Source: a virus (lineage: Duplodnaviria > Caudoviricetes). Taken from it: DNA of 64,000 bases. A program made the translations under genes and the position numbers. The notes under the pieces were generated by a model that was not told the DNA's origin, ran no database searches, and worked only from the letters and a program-made list of their open reading frames with translations. Shown piece by piece: positions 36,761-47,476 of this stretch (positions are counted from its first letter, which is position 1; every line of letters starts with the position of its first letter). The stretch is taken from positions 1 through 64,000 of IMG/VR virus record IMGVR_UViG_3300013383_000025. One strand, given 5' to 3'.

Positions 36761-39139
36761 TTGAATTTAAAGTTAATTGGAACCAAAGTGACACAAGATG
36801 TGCAAACATTTGCATTTCAGAAAAACAACTTGGTTGATAATATTACGGTTGAAGTTGATACTGACGAATCATGGCAATATAAACTAGACATACAATACGC
36901 GCGTAAAGATTGTTCTGGCAAGACATTATATAATATTATAAACTTAAATAGAACGGGTAATATCTGTACTGCACAATTGACTACAGATATGCTTCCATTT
37001 AACGGGCGCTATATTATGCAACTAAGAGCCATCAATGGGAATAAAATCCAACACAGCGACACATTTAATGCGTGGGTAGAGTATAGCGTTGAGCCAGGGT
37101 CGACATACGTCGATACCCCTAGTGAATTTTATCAAATCGAACAAAACATTACAGAAATTAACAACAATCCTCCTTATCCCGGACCGAATGGGTATTGGAT
37201 GATATGGAATCCAGATACTCACCAATACGAGCAGAGCGATAAACCTATCCCAGATGGCAGCCTCCCAGACATCGATGAATCCACTAATGGAAAATATCTA
37301 ACTAATGATGGCGAAAAATCATATTGGGCAGATGTGCAAGGTGGTAGTAGCGAAAGCAAAATTGACAAGATTGAAGTTAATAGCATAGAACAACCTATAA
37401 TTGATAAGGTAGTACAGATAGTTATTAGTAAGGATACGATTGGGCTGAATAACGTCAATAATACATCAGATGCTGATAAACCTATCTCTATACAGACACA
37501 AGCCGCCCTTAATAAAAAGCAGGATGTTATCAATGTTAATGGATTGCTCAAAGGCGATGAAACCGGCGCTGTTTCTCAAGCAGAGGCAGGAATTGATTAT
37601 ATTGCTCCTGATGCAATTAGTCAATTACTAGGTGCTAGCGCAGATAAGATACCAAGCGAAAAGGCCGTTTCAGATGCTATTGCATCTATGAGTGGTGGCG
37701 ATATGCTACAATCGGTGTATGACCCTAGTGGTGTGGTAAAAGATGCTGGTGGTATTCCTTCTTATGTAGAAGCCAATGGTGGTAAAATTGACGCAATCCA
37801 AGTTAATGGCGAAACTCAGGATATCGTCAACAAAAAGGTCAACATTATAGTCCCAACCAATGTTAGCGAATTAAACAACGATTCTAAGTATATTACGAAT
37901 GAAGCATTATCTGATTATGCGACAAAGGCAGAATTACCAACCAAGACTAGTCAGCTAGAAAACGATAGTAATTTTATCAACGAATCGGCACTAGATGGCT
38001 ATGTAAAGACGGTTGATATGCCGACTAAGATTAGCCAATTGGAAAACGATGCTGGCTATGTTACTATCGAGACCGCCCCTGTGAAATCTGTCAATGGTCA
38101 GATTGGCAATGTAAAAATAGATATTCCAAAGCAGTATGAATTGCCAGTGGCAACTGCCGAGACGTTGGGCGGCATTAAAGCCGAGGCTAAAACAGAGGAA
38201 CAGACTGTGCCCGTTGGTATAGATGTCGATGGCAAGTTGTGGGTTCATATTGAAGGCGGCAGCTCTATTGACACTATTTTAGCTGATAAAGTTATGTTTG
38301 ATGGTGATATGGTATTTACCGAGCAATTTGGTAAATATGAACCAAGTGGCGGTAAGGTCACTATTCCATCAGATGGAAAGAGCTTAAAAGAGTTGTTGCT
38401 TGATGCTTATAGTGAGGATAAAAATCCTGTTATCACACAACCAAGTGTTGGCATTACAAGTCCAACAGCTAGAGCTTATGAAGTTGGCACGGTTGTTACG
38501 CCTCAATATAGCGGTTCATTCAACGCTGGTAAATATGAATACGGGCCAACTCCAACTGGCGTATCTGTCACAGAATGGCAAGTGACAAACAACGTGACTG
38601 CTGAAACAAGGGCGACTCAGGCCGGTTCATTTGCGACCTATACTGTACCAGATGGCTCAAATTATAGAATTACCATTAAAGCAACATATAGTGACGGCAT
38701 GATTCCTGTTACCGCACTAGGCGCTCAATATGAGGTCGGTAAAATTTCAGCATCAAGCAAGTCTGCTCAAAGCGGCGCTATCAGCAGCTATCGCAATAGT
38801 TTTTATGGTACATTGGCTGATAAATCGGTGGATGTTACAAATTCCATTATTAGAGGTTTACAACAAAAATCTAATAAAACTTTAGCTAATGGTAATACAT
38901 TTACCGTAAATGTCCCTATCGGTGCAGAGGCCGTGCTTATTGCTTATCCGGCCACGTTGCGTGATGTTACGTCAATCAAGGACGTAAACGGATTAAACGC
39001 CGACATTACATCTGCATTTGTCGGCAGTACCATAGACGTTACTGGCGCGAATGAATATACCGCCATTAGTTATAAGCTTTATAGGCTTGATTATGCAAAA
39101 CCAAATGATGTAGCAAATAAATATACTGTTACTATTTAA
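36761..39139 (+). CDS. Baseplate/tail fibre protein (BppU-like N-terminus, fibre repeats)
   Basis: GLNNVNNTSDADKP, PTKTSQLENDS and LPVATAETLGGIK repeats. Confidence 0.7.
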   Translation: MNLKLIGTKVTQDVQTFAFQKNNLVDNITVEVDTDESWQYKLDIQYARKDCSGKTLYNIINLNRTGNICTAQLTTDMLPFNGRYIMQLRAINGNKIQHSDTFNAWVEYSVEPGSTYVDTPSEFYQIEQNITEINNNPPYPGPNGYWMIWNPDTHQYEQSDKPIPDGSLPDIDESTNGKYLTNDGEKSYWADVQGGSSESKIDKIEVNSIEQPIIDKVVQIVISKDTIGLNNVNNTSDADKPISIQTQAALNKKQDVINVNGLLKGDETGAVSQAEAGIDYIAPDAISQLLGASADKIPSEKAVSDAIASMSGGDMLQSVYDPSGVVKDAGGIPSYVEANGGKIDAIQVNGETQDIVNKKVNIIVPTNVSELNNDSKYITNEALSDYATKAELPTKTSQLENDSNFINESALDGYVKTVDMPTKISQLENDAGYVTIETAPVKSVNGQIGNVKIDIPKQYELPVATAETLGGIKAEAKTEEQTVPVGIDVDGKLWVHIEGGSSIDTILADKVMFDGDMVFTEQFGKYEPSGGKVTIPSDGKSLKELLLDAYSEDKNPVITQPSVGITSPTARAYEVGTVVTPQYSGSFNAGKYEYGPTPTGVSVTEWQVTNNVTAETRATQAGSFATYTVPDGSNYRITIKATYSDGMIPVTALGAQYEVGKISASSKSAQSGAISSYRNSFYGTLADKSVDVTNSIIRGLQQKSNKTLANGNTFTVNVPIGAEAVLIAYPATLRDVTSIKDVNGLNADITSAFVGSTIDVTGANEYTAISYKLYRLDYAKPNDVANKYTVTI

Positions 39140-39156
39140 GAAGGGAGGTTGGCCTA

Positions 39157-39612
39157 ATGGCTATTGAATCGTTACCAAAATTAAATTTTAGCGTGCCACT
39201 TGCCATGACGGCGGCAATGCCGGTTGATTACAATTCCTACTTTGACGATTATGACAAGGCTGTGGCGGCAGCGTTAACCGCTGAAGAAATAGGCTCTTCT
39301 AATACTATTTATCATTATGGTCAAGAAATTATAGTTATTACCCAGGCATCTGCTGACCTCTATCTTATTCAACCAGATAGGACACTAAAACTGATAAGTA
39401 GTTCTGGTATAGGCGACGACAAAACATTTGTGTTCACACAATCAATTGCTTCTGACACATGGGATATTCAACACGACTTGAATAAATATCCATCTATAGC
39501 TATCGTCGACTCTGGTAACAATATTGTGTATGGCGATGTTGAATATGTGAATAAAAATAATGTGGTATGTAAATTCACATCGGCATTTAGCGGAAAAGCC
39601 TACCTAAATTAA
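39157..39612 (+). CDS. Virion structural protein
   Basis: C-terminal WDIQHDLNKYPS...FSGKAYLN domain. Confidence 0.7.
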   Translation: MAIESLPKLNFSVPLAMTAAMPVDYNSYFDDYDKAVAAALTAEEIGSSNTIYHYGQEIIVITQASADLYLIQPDRTLKLISSSGIGDDKTFVFTQSIASDTWDIQHDLNKYPSIAIVDSGNNIVYGDVEYVNKNNVVCKFTSAFSGKAYLN

Positions 39613-39655
39613 AAGGTAGTCGATATATAAATGTATATTAGGAGGAAATTTTATT

Positions 39656-41398
39656 ATGGCGAAATATTTAACCAATATTGATTTAATGAAAAACGAGCTT
39701 CAGAATGCCGTTCTTCAACCACTAGCGGTTGCTCCATCTAATCCAAAAGAAGGCCAGTTCTACTATAATAGTGGTGATAAGGTTGTATATAGATATGATG
39801 GTACAAGTTGGGGACCGATTGGAGTTGTATATCAGCAAGGTTCTACTACTGGGGCTGTCATTACAGGTCTTGATGAAAGTGGAAACGTAACAACCACTGA
39901 CGTTGTCAATCTGACTCTAGCTGGGTATACACCTGTTGAAGATGGCTATGTGAGTGCTGATATGAGTCTTGAAGATGCGTTGAAGGCGCTTGATACAGCT
40001 GTTAAAAACGCTGTTGCTGGTGGTGGCGAAGTCAACCAGAACGCATGGTCTAATATCAGCGTAAAGAAGCAGAGTACGGCTACTACAGCTGTGACTGGTG
40101 CAACTGCCGACACCACCCTTGCCGCAGCAAGCAAGACAGATACGTTCTCTGTAGCGTCTGGTAATAAGTGGGTTGACATCAACGGTTCTGGCAAGACGGT
40201 TAATATTGGTCATAGTCTGAGCGGTGCTACTGCTGGCACATATGGCGCGGCTGGCTCTGTGGCTCAGGTTACAGTTGATGAGGCGGGTCATGTTACTGCG
40301 GCGCAGAATGTAGCCATTACCCCAGCGGCTATTGGCGCGGCAACTACTGATGCCGTCGAGGCGGCTCAGACGGCTGCCGATAATGCACAGACAGCAGCAG
40401 ATAGCAAAGTAGCATCTGTTGGTGCTACTGCCAATGGTGGTATTACTATTGGTGGTACGGCCACTGAGCCCACTGTTGGTATTAAGCTAGATACAACCAA
40501 TGGCAATGCGGCCTCTCTATCTGCTGACGGCCTCATGGTCACCATTCCAGAGGTCAACGTGCCAGAATATACCATTACTAAGTTGACTACAGCTACAAGC
40601 GGCTATCTAGCATCCTATCAGCTTGAGAAGGATGGGGTTAAGGCTGGTGAAGTTATCAACATTCCCAAGGACTATCTAGTTAAGAGCGCGTCCATCAAGA
40701 CCTCTGCTGGTGAAGATGACCCATCTGGTTTACCTGCCGACTCTAAGTATATTGATTTCGTTATCAATACACATGACACTGCGTCAGGGACTGGCACAGA
40801 GAGCCATATTTATTTAAATGTTGAAGACCTAGTTGATGTTTATACGGCTGGTAATGGCATTAGCATTGATGCATCTAATGTTGTGTCTGCTAAGGTTGTT
40901 GCTGGCAACGGTTTATCTATTGACGAATCTGGCATTAAGATGGGTGCGGCTTCTGCTACTACCGCAGGTGCTATGAGCGCCGATGATTTCAGCAAGCTGG
41001 CTGGTATTGAAGCTGGCGCAACCAATAATAAAATTACACTAAACGGCACGACAACCAAGAACCCAAGTTTCTATGCGCCTACTACCGGAGGTACTGCCGG
41101 TCAGCATCTTGTCTCTAATGGCTCTGATGCGCCAGCTTGGCAAAATATGCCAACTATTCTTAAGAAATATACTGCTACAAATGGTGAACTTACTGCCACC
41201 GGTGGTGTATACTCATGGACAATTGCTAAGGCAACACATGGAGTAGAAACACCGGCAACTGTGCAACTATATGAAGTGGCAACTAATGAACAGGTCATTG
41301 CAGATGTTGTAATTGCCACCAATGGGGGGGTTACCATTAAAATTAACGGAACCGGTACTCTTGAGGCTGGCACATATAGAGTAGTAATCATTGGATAA
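39656..41398 (+). CDS. Tail fibre protein
   Basis: Ala/Thr/Gly-rich; AGAMSADD.SKL.GIEAGA; INIPKD.LVKS. Confidence 0.7.
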   Translation: MAKYLTNIDLMKNELQNAVLQPLAVAPSNPKEGQFYYNSGDKVVYRYDGTSWGPIGVVYQQGSTTGAVITGLDESGNVTTTDVVNLTLAGYTPVEDGYVSADMSLEDALKALDTAVKNAVAGGGEVNQNAWSNISVKKQSTATTAVTGATADTTLAAASKTDTFSVASGNKWVDINGSGKTVNIGHSLSGATAGTYGAAGSVAQVTVDEAGHVTAAQNVAITPAAIGAATTDAVEAAQTAADNAQTAADSKVASVGATANGGITIGGTATEPTVGIKLDTTNGNAASLSADGLMVTIPEVNVPEYTITKLTTATSGYLASYQLEKDGVKAGEVINIPKDYLVKSASIKTSAGEDDPSGLPADSKYIDFVINTHDTASGTGTESHIYLNVEDLVDVYTAGNGISIDASNVVSAKVVAGNGLSIDESGIKMGAASATTAGAMSADDFSKLAGIEAGATNNKITLNGTTTKNPSFYAPTTGGTAGQHLVSNGSDAPAWQNMPTILKKYTATNGELTATGGVYSWTIAKATHGVETPATVQLYEVATNEQVIADVVIATNGGVTIKINGTGTLEAGTYRVVIIG

Positions 41399-41412
41399 TG
41401 GGGTGTTGACCA

Positions 41413-42072
41413 ATGAAATATATTGGCACATACCTCAATGATGAATCCATTGTCACCAAAGATAAATTAGACAATGTAAAAAATAGTATTCCAGCTAAGA
41501 CAAGTCAGCTAACAAATGATAGTGGTTATATTACAGAAGATGATATTCCTGTTAAGTCGGTAAATGGGAAAACCGGCGTTGTGCAAATAGACAAATCCGG
41601 CATTGGTTTGGGCAATGTTGACAACGTCAAGCAATACAGTTCAACCAACCCTCCACCATATCCTGTCACAAGCGTGAATGGTAAGACTGGTGCGGTTACA
41701 GTGGATGTAGACCTGCCTGATGGGTTGGTTAAATACGAGTCGCTAGCACCTGTAGAAGCGACTACGCCAATTGATGCCAATACATTGCAGGGGCACAATG
41801 CTAGTTACTTTGCTACATCTAGCGCATTGGCTACTACTAATAGCAATGTATCATCCAATAGCTCAGATATATCCACATTGCAATCGGGACTATCTACAGC
41901 CAATACAAATATTGCTAATAAACTCAATAGATCTGGCGGTACTATGACGGGCGCATTAGTCGCTCAGACAAATACTAGCTATACTACGCGCCAAGTTCGC
42001 AACATTATTATCTCCACATCCGACCCAAGCGGTGGTTCGTCAGGAGACATATGGATAAAATATCAGGCATGA
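41413..42072 (+). CDS. Tail fibre/adaptor protein
   Basis: SVNGKTG repeats; C-terminal RNIIIST.DPSGG..GDIWIKY. Confidence 0.7.
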   Translation: MKYIGTYLNDESIVTKDKLDNVKNSIPAKTSQLTNDSGYITEDDIPVKSVNGKTGVVQIDKSGIGLGNVDNVKQYSSTNPPPYPVTSVNGKTGAVTVDVDLPDGLVKYESLAPVEATTPIDANTLQGHNASYFATSSALATTNSNVSSNSSDISTLQSGLSTANTNIANKLNRSGGTMTGALVAQTNTSYTTRQVRNIIISTSDPSGGSSGDIWIKYQA

Positions 42073-42080
42073 GGTAGGAT

Positions 42081-43058
42081 ATGGCAAGTATTAAAACAGG
42101 CGACGTCCTCAATTACACATATACTGGCTCCGTGCAATCTGTCCAGTTACCTCCAGGTACATATACACTAGAATGTTGGGGTGCTCAAGGCGGCTATAGG
42201 TCCAGTTCTACATATGGCGGCAAGGGTGGCAAATCATATGGTATATTAACATTAAAAAGAAAGACCACGGTATATATCTATGTAGGTGGGGCTGGTAATA
42301 CAGGAAAGACGAATGGCGGTTTCAATGGCGGTGGCAAGCGCGGTTCATACAATGGCGGCGGCGGTGCGTCTGATATTCGTATTGGCACAGATAGCTTATA
42401 TGCTCGTGTTATCGTAGCTGGTGGTGGTGGCTCAGATGGCGCATCCTCAAAGACAGGTATGTATGGTGGCGGCGAATCTGGTGGCTCATCATCTGAGAAT
42501 TATGGTACGGGCGGCTACGGTGGTACACAGACAGGCGTTTCTAGTTCATCATGGCAAACAACTAGTCAATCGACATCTACAACGACTCAAACTGGCGCAT
42601 ATGCCGGATTTGGCTTTGGTGGAAATGGTATCACTAGCAGCTCGGGCTATGGTGGTGCTGGAGGCGGAGGTTGGTATGGCGGCTCAGGTTCATACCCAGA
42701 TGGCTCAGGAGATGATGATAGAGGTGGCGGCGGTGGCTCGGGATATGTATATACGTCATCTACCGCTTCTAATTATCCAACCGGTTGTTTGCTGAATAGT
42801 GAATATTATTTATCTAATGCCGTAACGAAGGCTGGTAATGTATCGTTTACTGGAACGGGCGGTTCTAGCGAAACAGGACATAGTGGAAATGGATACGTGC
42901 GCATTACAGCCAATAAAGTTCAGTCACTGAATATTCCTGTTAATATCGGTGGTACTTGGAAAGATATGGATTCTGCATATGTCAATATTGGTGGCGTATG
43001 GAAGTCAGTAGAAGCCGCATATGTGAATGTAGGTGGAACATGGAAAGAATTATCATAA
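42081..43058 (+). CDS. Glycine-rich domain protein (putative receptor binding)
   Basis: YTG.VQ...LECWGAQGG...GGGGASDIR...GGGGSGY...GNGYVRIT. Confidence 0.8.
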   Translation: MASIKTGDVLNYTYTGSVQSVQLPPGTYTLECWGAQGGYRSSSTYGGKGGKSYGILTLKRKTTVYIYVGGAGNTGKTNGGFNGGGKRGSYNGGGGASDIRIGTDSLYARVIVAGGGGSDGASSKTGMYGGGESGGSSSENYGTGGYGGTQTGVSSSSWQTTSQSTSTTTQTGAYAGFGFGGNGITSSSGYGGAGGGGWYGGSGSYPDGSGDDDRGGGGGSGYVYTSSTASNYPTGCLLNSEYYLSNAVTKAGNVSFTGTGGSSETGHSGNGYVRITANKVQSLNIPVNIGGTWKDMDSAYVNIGGVWKSVEAAYVNVGGTWKELS

Positions 43059-43073
43059 TAAAGGAGGGAGAAA

Positions 43074-43370
43074 ATGGCAGAAAGAGTAACATTAACAGAT
43101 GCGACAACTGGCGATGTAATTTATCCGCAAACGCTAGTTGACTCTGTTCAAAATGAATCTGGTGCATTGCTCAAGACGTTGGTTCTCATGTTGAACAATA
43201 CCACGCCTTTTACTCCCACGGGGGATTATAATCCAGCCACAAAGAAATATATAGATGATTTACTGTCCGGATTTAAGGGCGGCGTAGATATTCAATTATC
43301 CACAACTCAACCAAGCGGACAATCATCTGGTGATTATTGGTATCACGTTACAGGAACGGCTGACATCTGA
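43074..43370 (+). CDS. Small fibre adaptor protein
   Basis: IYPQT N-terminus, YNPATKKY, QP..Q..GDYW C-terminus. Confidence 0.7.
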   Translation: MAERVTLTDATTGDVIYPQTLVDSVQNESGALLKTLVLMLNNTTPFTPTGDYNPATKKYIDDLLSGFKGGVDIQLSTTQPSGQSSGDYWYHVTGTADI

Positions 43371-43391
43371 AACAAGAAAGGAGGATGAGAC

Positions 43392-44474
43392 ATGGCATTA
43401 ACCAAGCCTAGCCTATTTCCGGTTGCTGCATTTGACGCAAGCAAGGAGCAACAATTTAGATTCTATTCACAAGGCGGCTCTCAGGTCACAGGCAACATAT
43501 TAACAATAAGAAATAATGTAACGCTGGAACAGGTGTATAAACAGACAGTTACGACGTTTGCTTATATTCATACATTATCAGCTGATACATTAACCAATGG
43601 TACGCGATATCAGGCGACAATTCAAACGATTGATGCTCAGGGCAATATATCGGTTGAGTCAGACCCAATTTTATTCTATTGCTATACTCGGCCTACTTTG
43701 GCATTCACTAATATGCCCGCAAGCAATAATATCCCCAATGCTTCATTTAAATTTGAGGCGCAATACAATCAGGTGCAATCTGAGCAACTGGCACAGTATC
43801 AATTCAATTTATATGACGCGCAGGGTGGCCTAGTGGCAACAAGCGGCACTAAATATCTACAAAATCAGGCCGTACCTACGGTTATAGCATATACATTTTC
43901 GGGTTTTGAGGATGGGCTTACCTATCAGATTGAGGTGGTGGGGCAGACTGTAGAGGGCACAGCCGTAGAATCTGGTAAGACGAGCATATACATCGTTTAC
44001 TATGTGCCGCGCGTCTATACCACCATGTATCTGACAAATAATTGCCATGATGGCTACGTCACAATTGAGAATAACATGATTGGTATTCCGGGTGATTCTA
44101 ATCCATATCCTCCTACATATATCAATGATAAAGAGGTCGACCTTAGAGAGACTGATACATGGGTTGAATGGAAAGATAATTACGAGATAGCTGGTGATTA
44201 TACCATGGGTATATGGGGGCGTGACTTTAATCCTAACTCAAAAATTCTCACATTCACTAACGACGATGGCGCTACTGTCACATTGATATATCGTGAAGAG
44301 AATGAGTATATATGGGTAGAGTTAGCCTCCAAGCATCCAAAATGGGAACATTACTATGGTATCTTCTCTAATAAGATAGCCAAACCAGCCGACACAGAAT
44401 ATCTATTCATTTGGAATCGGCGCATCAACAATGTATATGACTTAAAGATTGAGAATAGAGGTGAGATTGTTTGA
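43392..44474 (+). CDS. Baseplate protein with FN3-like repeats
   Basis: YQFNLYD...FSGFEDG..Y.IEV.G.T. Confidence 0.65.
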   Translation: MALTKPSLFPVAAFDASKEQQFRFYSQGGSQVTGNILTIRNNVTLEQVYKQTVTTFAYIHTLSADTLTNGTRYQATIQTIDAQGNISVESDPILFYCYTRPTLAFTNMPASNNIPNASFKFEAQYNQVQSEQLAQYQFNLYDAQGGLVATSGTKYLQNQAVPTVIAYTFSGFEDGLTYQIEVVGQTVEGTAVESGKTSIYIVYYVPRVYTTMYLTNNCHDGYVTIENNMIGIPGDSNPYPPTYINDKEVDLRETDTWVEWKDNYEIAGDYTMGIWGRDFNPNSKILTFTNDDGATVTLIYREENEYIWVELASKHPKWEHYYGIFSNKIAKPADTEYLFIWNRRINNVYDLKIENRGEIV

Positions 44475-45379
44475 TAGCTGTATTAGGATATAATTTTTGT
44501 TCAGATAGAAACGCCATCGACCCAATGCCTACAAACGTCTCACATATTACAAAGACGCGCATTGAGAATGGCATATATGACCATTTCAATGTGACTAATA
44601 ATGTAACAAAACCATACAGTCCAGAAAAGCCCACTGATTGGGATTGGGAGACTATTATGGATTGTAACTTTGACAACAACATCTCGGCGGGCAATGTCGA
44701 CCAGATTGCTAAGGATGTGACTGGCTATAGGCTGAAGCGGCGCAAAGTTGGTGAATTTGAGTGGACAACGATTAAAGAGGCTGAGATTAACGACTTGTCT
44801 GAATTGGCGTTCACATTCACTGACAACTTGGCGCTTAACTTTACCGACTATCAATATGCCTATGTGCCCATGATGAGTGGTGTTGAGGGAGACTATATGG
44901 TCGAGCAGATTACTACTAATTTCAAAGGCGTGTTTATCTGCGACTTGGATACTGTATATAAGATATACTGTGGTGTGGCATATGGAAATAACGACCAAGT
45001 GCGGCAAGTGGGCGTATTTACACCATATGGGCGCGAATTCCCTATTGTTATTAGTAACGGCTTGCAGAATTATCAGACTGGCTCAATTCAAGGCAAGGTA
45101 CTGCCAGCCGATTTTGAGGAGACAGGTAGTATTGATAGGAAAGAAATTGTGGCAAGGCGCAATACCCTGCTTAAATTCCTGACCAATGGCAAGCCAAAGA
45201 TTATTAAGGACTGGAATGGCGGTTCTTGGCTTGTTTGCGTTACTGGTAATCCATCTGTATCTTATGACGCAAGTTATGGCATGGGCATGTGCGATGTTAG
45301 TGCAAGTTGGACTGAGACGGGTAAAGCAGACAGCAAGAGCGACCTATTTATGAATGGGCTTATCCCAACGGAGGCTTAA
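44471..45379 (+). CDS. Distal tail (Dit)-like protein
   Basis: FLTNGKPKIIKDWNG..W...S.SWTE.G; synteny. Confidence 0.6.
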   Translation: MIAVLGYNFCSDRNAIDPMPTNVSHITKTRIENGIYDHFNVTNNVTKPYSPEKPTDWDWETIMDCNFDNNISAGNVDQIAKDVTGYRLKRRKVGEFEWTTIKEAEINDLSELAFTFTDNLALNFTDYQYAYVPMMSGVEGDYMVEQITTNFKGVFICDLDTVYKIYCGVAYGNNDQVRQVGVFTPYGREFPIVISNGLQNYQTGSIQGKVLPADFEETGSIDRKEIVARRNTLLKFLTNGKPKIIKDWNGGSWLVCVTGNPSVSYDASYGMGMCDVSASWTETGKADSKSDLFMNGLIPTEA

Positions 45380-45382
45380 TAT

Positions 45383-47461
45383 ATGGCATTAAATATTACA
45401 CAGGACGATTATAATATTCTTAGGCAATCATATATTAAGCAGTATATTAAGCTCGACCTGTTAGACTTCAACATGAACGTCGTAGATGAGTTGAGTGGCA
45501 ACCTCATCGGCTTCTCTGTGGCGGTTGATGCAAATGCTGATTTGCGACGTTCATGTGAATGTAGCTTAGTTGTTACAGACAGCTCCTTTGAGATTAAGGC
45601 TGGTGGCAAGATTTTTCTTGATAGATATATTCGCCCATGGATTGGCTATGAGAATATGCGAACAGGTAACATTCAGTGGTATAATCAGGGCGTATATCTA
45701 ATCAATGCACCTAGTTATCAGTATGATGCCGCTAATTACACTTTGTCATTTTCTGGGCTTGACCTGATGGCCAAGTTGACAGGACTGAGAAATGGTGAAT
45801 TACCTGGCGTACCGACAAAAATTCCTATTGGCTCAGATGTGCGTGGAGCAATTATTGCCGCATTGGAATTAGGGGGGTTTACCAAATATATTGTCAGTGA
45901 ATGTAAGAACGTAGATGACACAATACAGGAAGTGCCATATGATATTGAGATAGCACAGGGTGGCACAGTATATGATATTCTCAAAGAGTTACTTGCTATC
46001 CTACCTCAGTATCAGATGTATTTTGATGTTGATGGCGTATTTCACTATGAGCCTATCCCAACCGGAGCAAATGACCCAGTGTTGATTGATGATGATGTGT
46101 GGCAAAATATTGTTATTCAAGAATCAGTAAGCACTGATTTTGAGAATGTCAAGAACTATATAGAGGTATATGGCCGCAGTCATGACATCGACCACTTTAG
46201 CGATAAGACAACCGTAGATGGCTCGACCGTCACGTTGCATATACCGTCATTAACGCCGACAACAACAGGGTCATTTCCAATTGATGAATTTACGCTAATT
46301 GGATTTGTGCCTCCTAGTGATGTAACTGGCGATATTCAGCTAAAGGTAACGGCTGGCGCTAGTGAGGCCGAGGCTACTGTATTGGGCACATATAAATTCG
46401 TTAATAAGGATGGTTCATTCGTGACCTCACTGACAAACGGCACATACTATGTTGGCCAATTTCAAGCAGATGGCACATTCTTAGATATTGGTCAAGACCA
46501 AGCAGTGGGCACGGCATATGATAATAATCCAGACAGCCCCTTCTATGTGGGCGACCCCGTTGGCTCTAGCTCGGTTGGTATCATTAGACACGTATGCTAT
46601 AGCGGCGAATACGACAATATTACATCAAACGACCTAGCTAAGCAACGTGCCGACTTAGAACTATATTGGCGGTGTCGGCTAAACGATAGCATCTCATTGG
46701 CTACTATACCAATTCCTTGGCTTGATGTTAATATTATTATGAGCCATGCCATGAAATTACAAGGCGACCAAAAGAAATATATGATACAGTCATATAATGC
46801 CCAATATGGCGATGCAAACAGTATGACCATATCAGCGTCAAGTTGGTATCCTTATTATTTGGTCGACGGAACATCTGAGCCGGTTGAGCTACAGTATATT
46901 ATGTCTACGGGTAGCCAGCTTATTAGCACCGGCTTTATCCCAAACAATAACACACGTGTTCAGATGGTGGTAACGCCAATGAATAATACAAGTGGCTACA
47001 TATTCGGCTCATTATATACCAATGAGAAGGAAGATCAAGCCGCAGATGATACATATACATATTTTGGGGTGTCATACAATAATGGTACGGTCGCGTTTGG
47101 CTATAATCAAGACAACACGCAAACAATATCAGTAGGCGCGTCATTTGCCAAGATGACCGTGGATATGAATAAAAATCAACTTACAGTCAATGGGCAAACC
47201 GTGCAATATGATGCAAGCGAATTTAAGATGAAGAACAATATGGCGCTATTAACTTACAGCAAAGACGGATTTTTTCAAAAACCGGCATTGGCGGCGTTCC
47301 TACATTCGTGCAAAATATGGGATGATGGCGTGCTGATTAGGGATTATGTTCCATATCAGAACAAGCTGGGCGATGTCGGCCTATGGGATAGAGTGAATAG
47401 TGTATTTTATGGAAATATGGGCACAGGCAAATTTACGGCTGGCCCAGCAGTAGAAGAATAA
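45383..47461 (+). CDS. Tail hub/Tal-like protein with C-terminal lectin-like domain
   Basis: LRRSC, YFDVDGVF; C-terminal LQYI.STG.Q.I.TG...KIWDDGVLIRDYVP...GLWDRV. Confidence 0.7.
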   Translation: MALNITQDDYNILRQSYIKQYIKLDLLDFNMNVVDELSGNLIGFSVAVDANADLRRSCECSLVVTDSSFEIKAGGKIFLDRYIRPWIGYENMRTGNIQWYNQGVYLINAPSYQYDAANYTLSFSGLDLMAKLTGLRNGELPGVPTKIPIGSDVRGAIIAALELGGFTKYIVSECKNVDDTIQEVPYDIEIAQGGTVYDILKELLAILPQYQMYFDVDGVFHYEPIPTGANDPVLIDDDVWQNIVIQESVSTDFENVKNYIEVYGRSHDIDHFSDKTTVDGSTVTLHIPSLTPTTTGSFPIDEFTLIGFVPPSDVTGDIQLKVTAGASEAEATVLGTYKFVNKDGSFVTSLTNGTYYVGQFQADGTFLDIGQDQAVGTAYDNNPDSPFYVGDPVGSSSVGIIRHVCYSGEYDNITSNDLAKQRADLELYWRCRLNDSISLATIPIPWLDVNIIMSHAMKLQGDQKKYMIQSYNAQYGDANSMTISASSWYPYYLVDGTSEPVELQYIMSTGSQLISTGFIPNNNTRVQMVVTPMNNTSGYIFGSLYTNEKEDQAADDTYTYFGVSYNNGTVAFGYNQDNTQTISVGASFAKMTVDMNKNQLTVNGQTVQYDASEFKMKNNMALLTYSKDGFFQKPALAAFLHSCKIWDDGVLIRDYVPYQNKLGDVGLWDRVNSVFYGNMGTGKFTAGPAVEE

Positions 47462-47476
47462 GGAGGTCGTATAAAT

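Noticed and set aside
41324-41330. G7 run in the 580-aa fibre gene as a third phase switch
   Set aside because: Short, in frame and only ~22 codons from the stop; weak evidence
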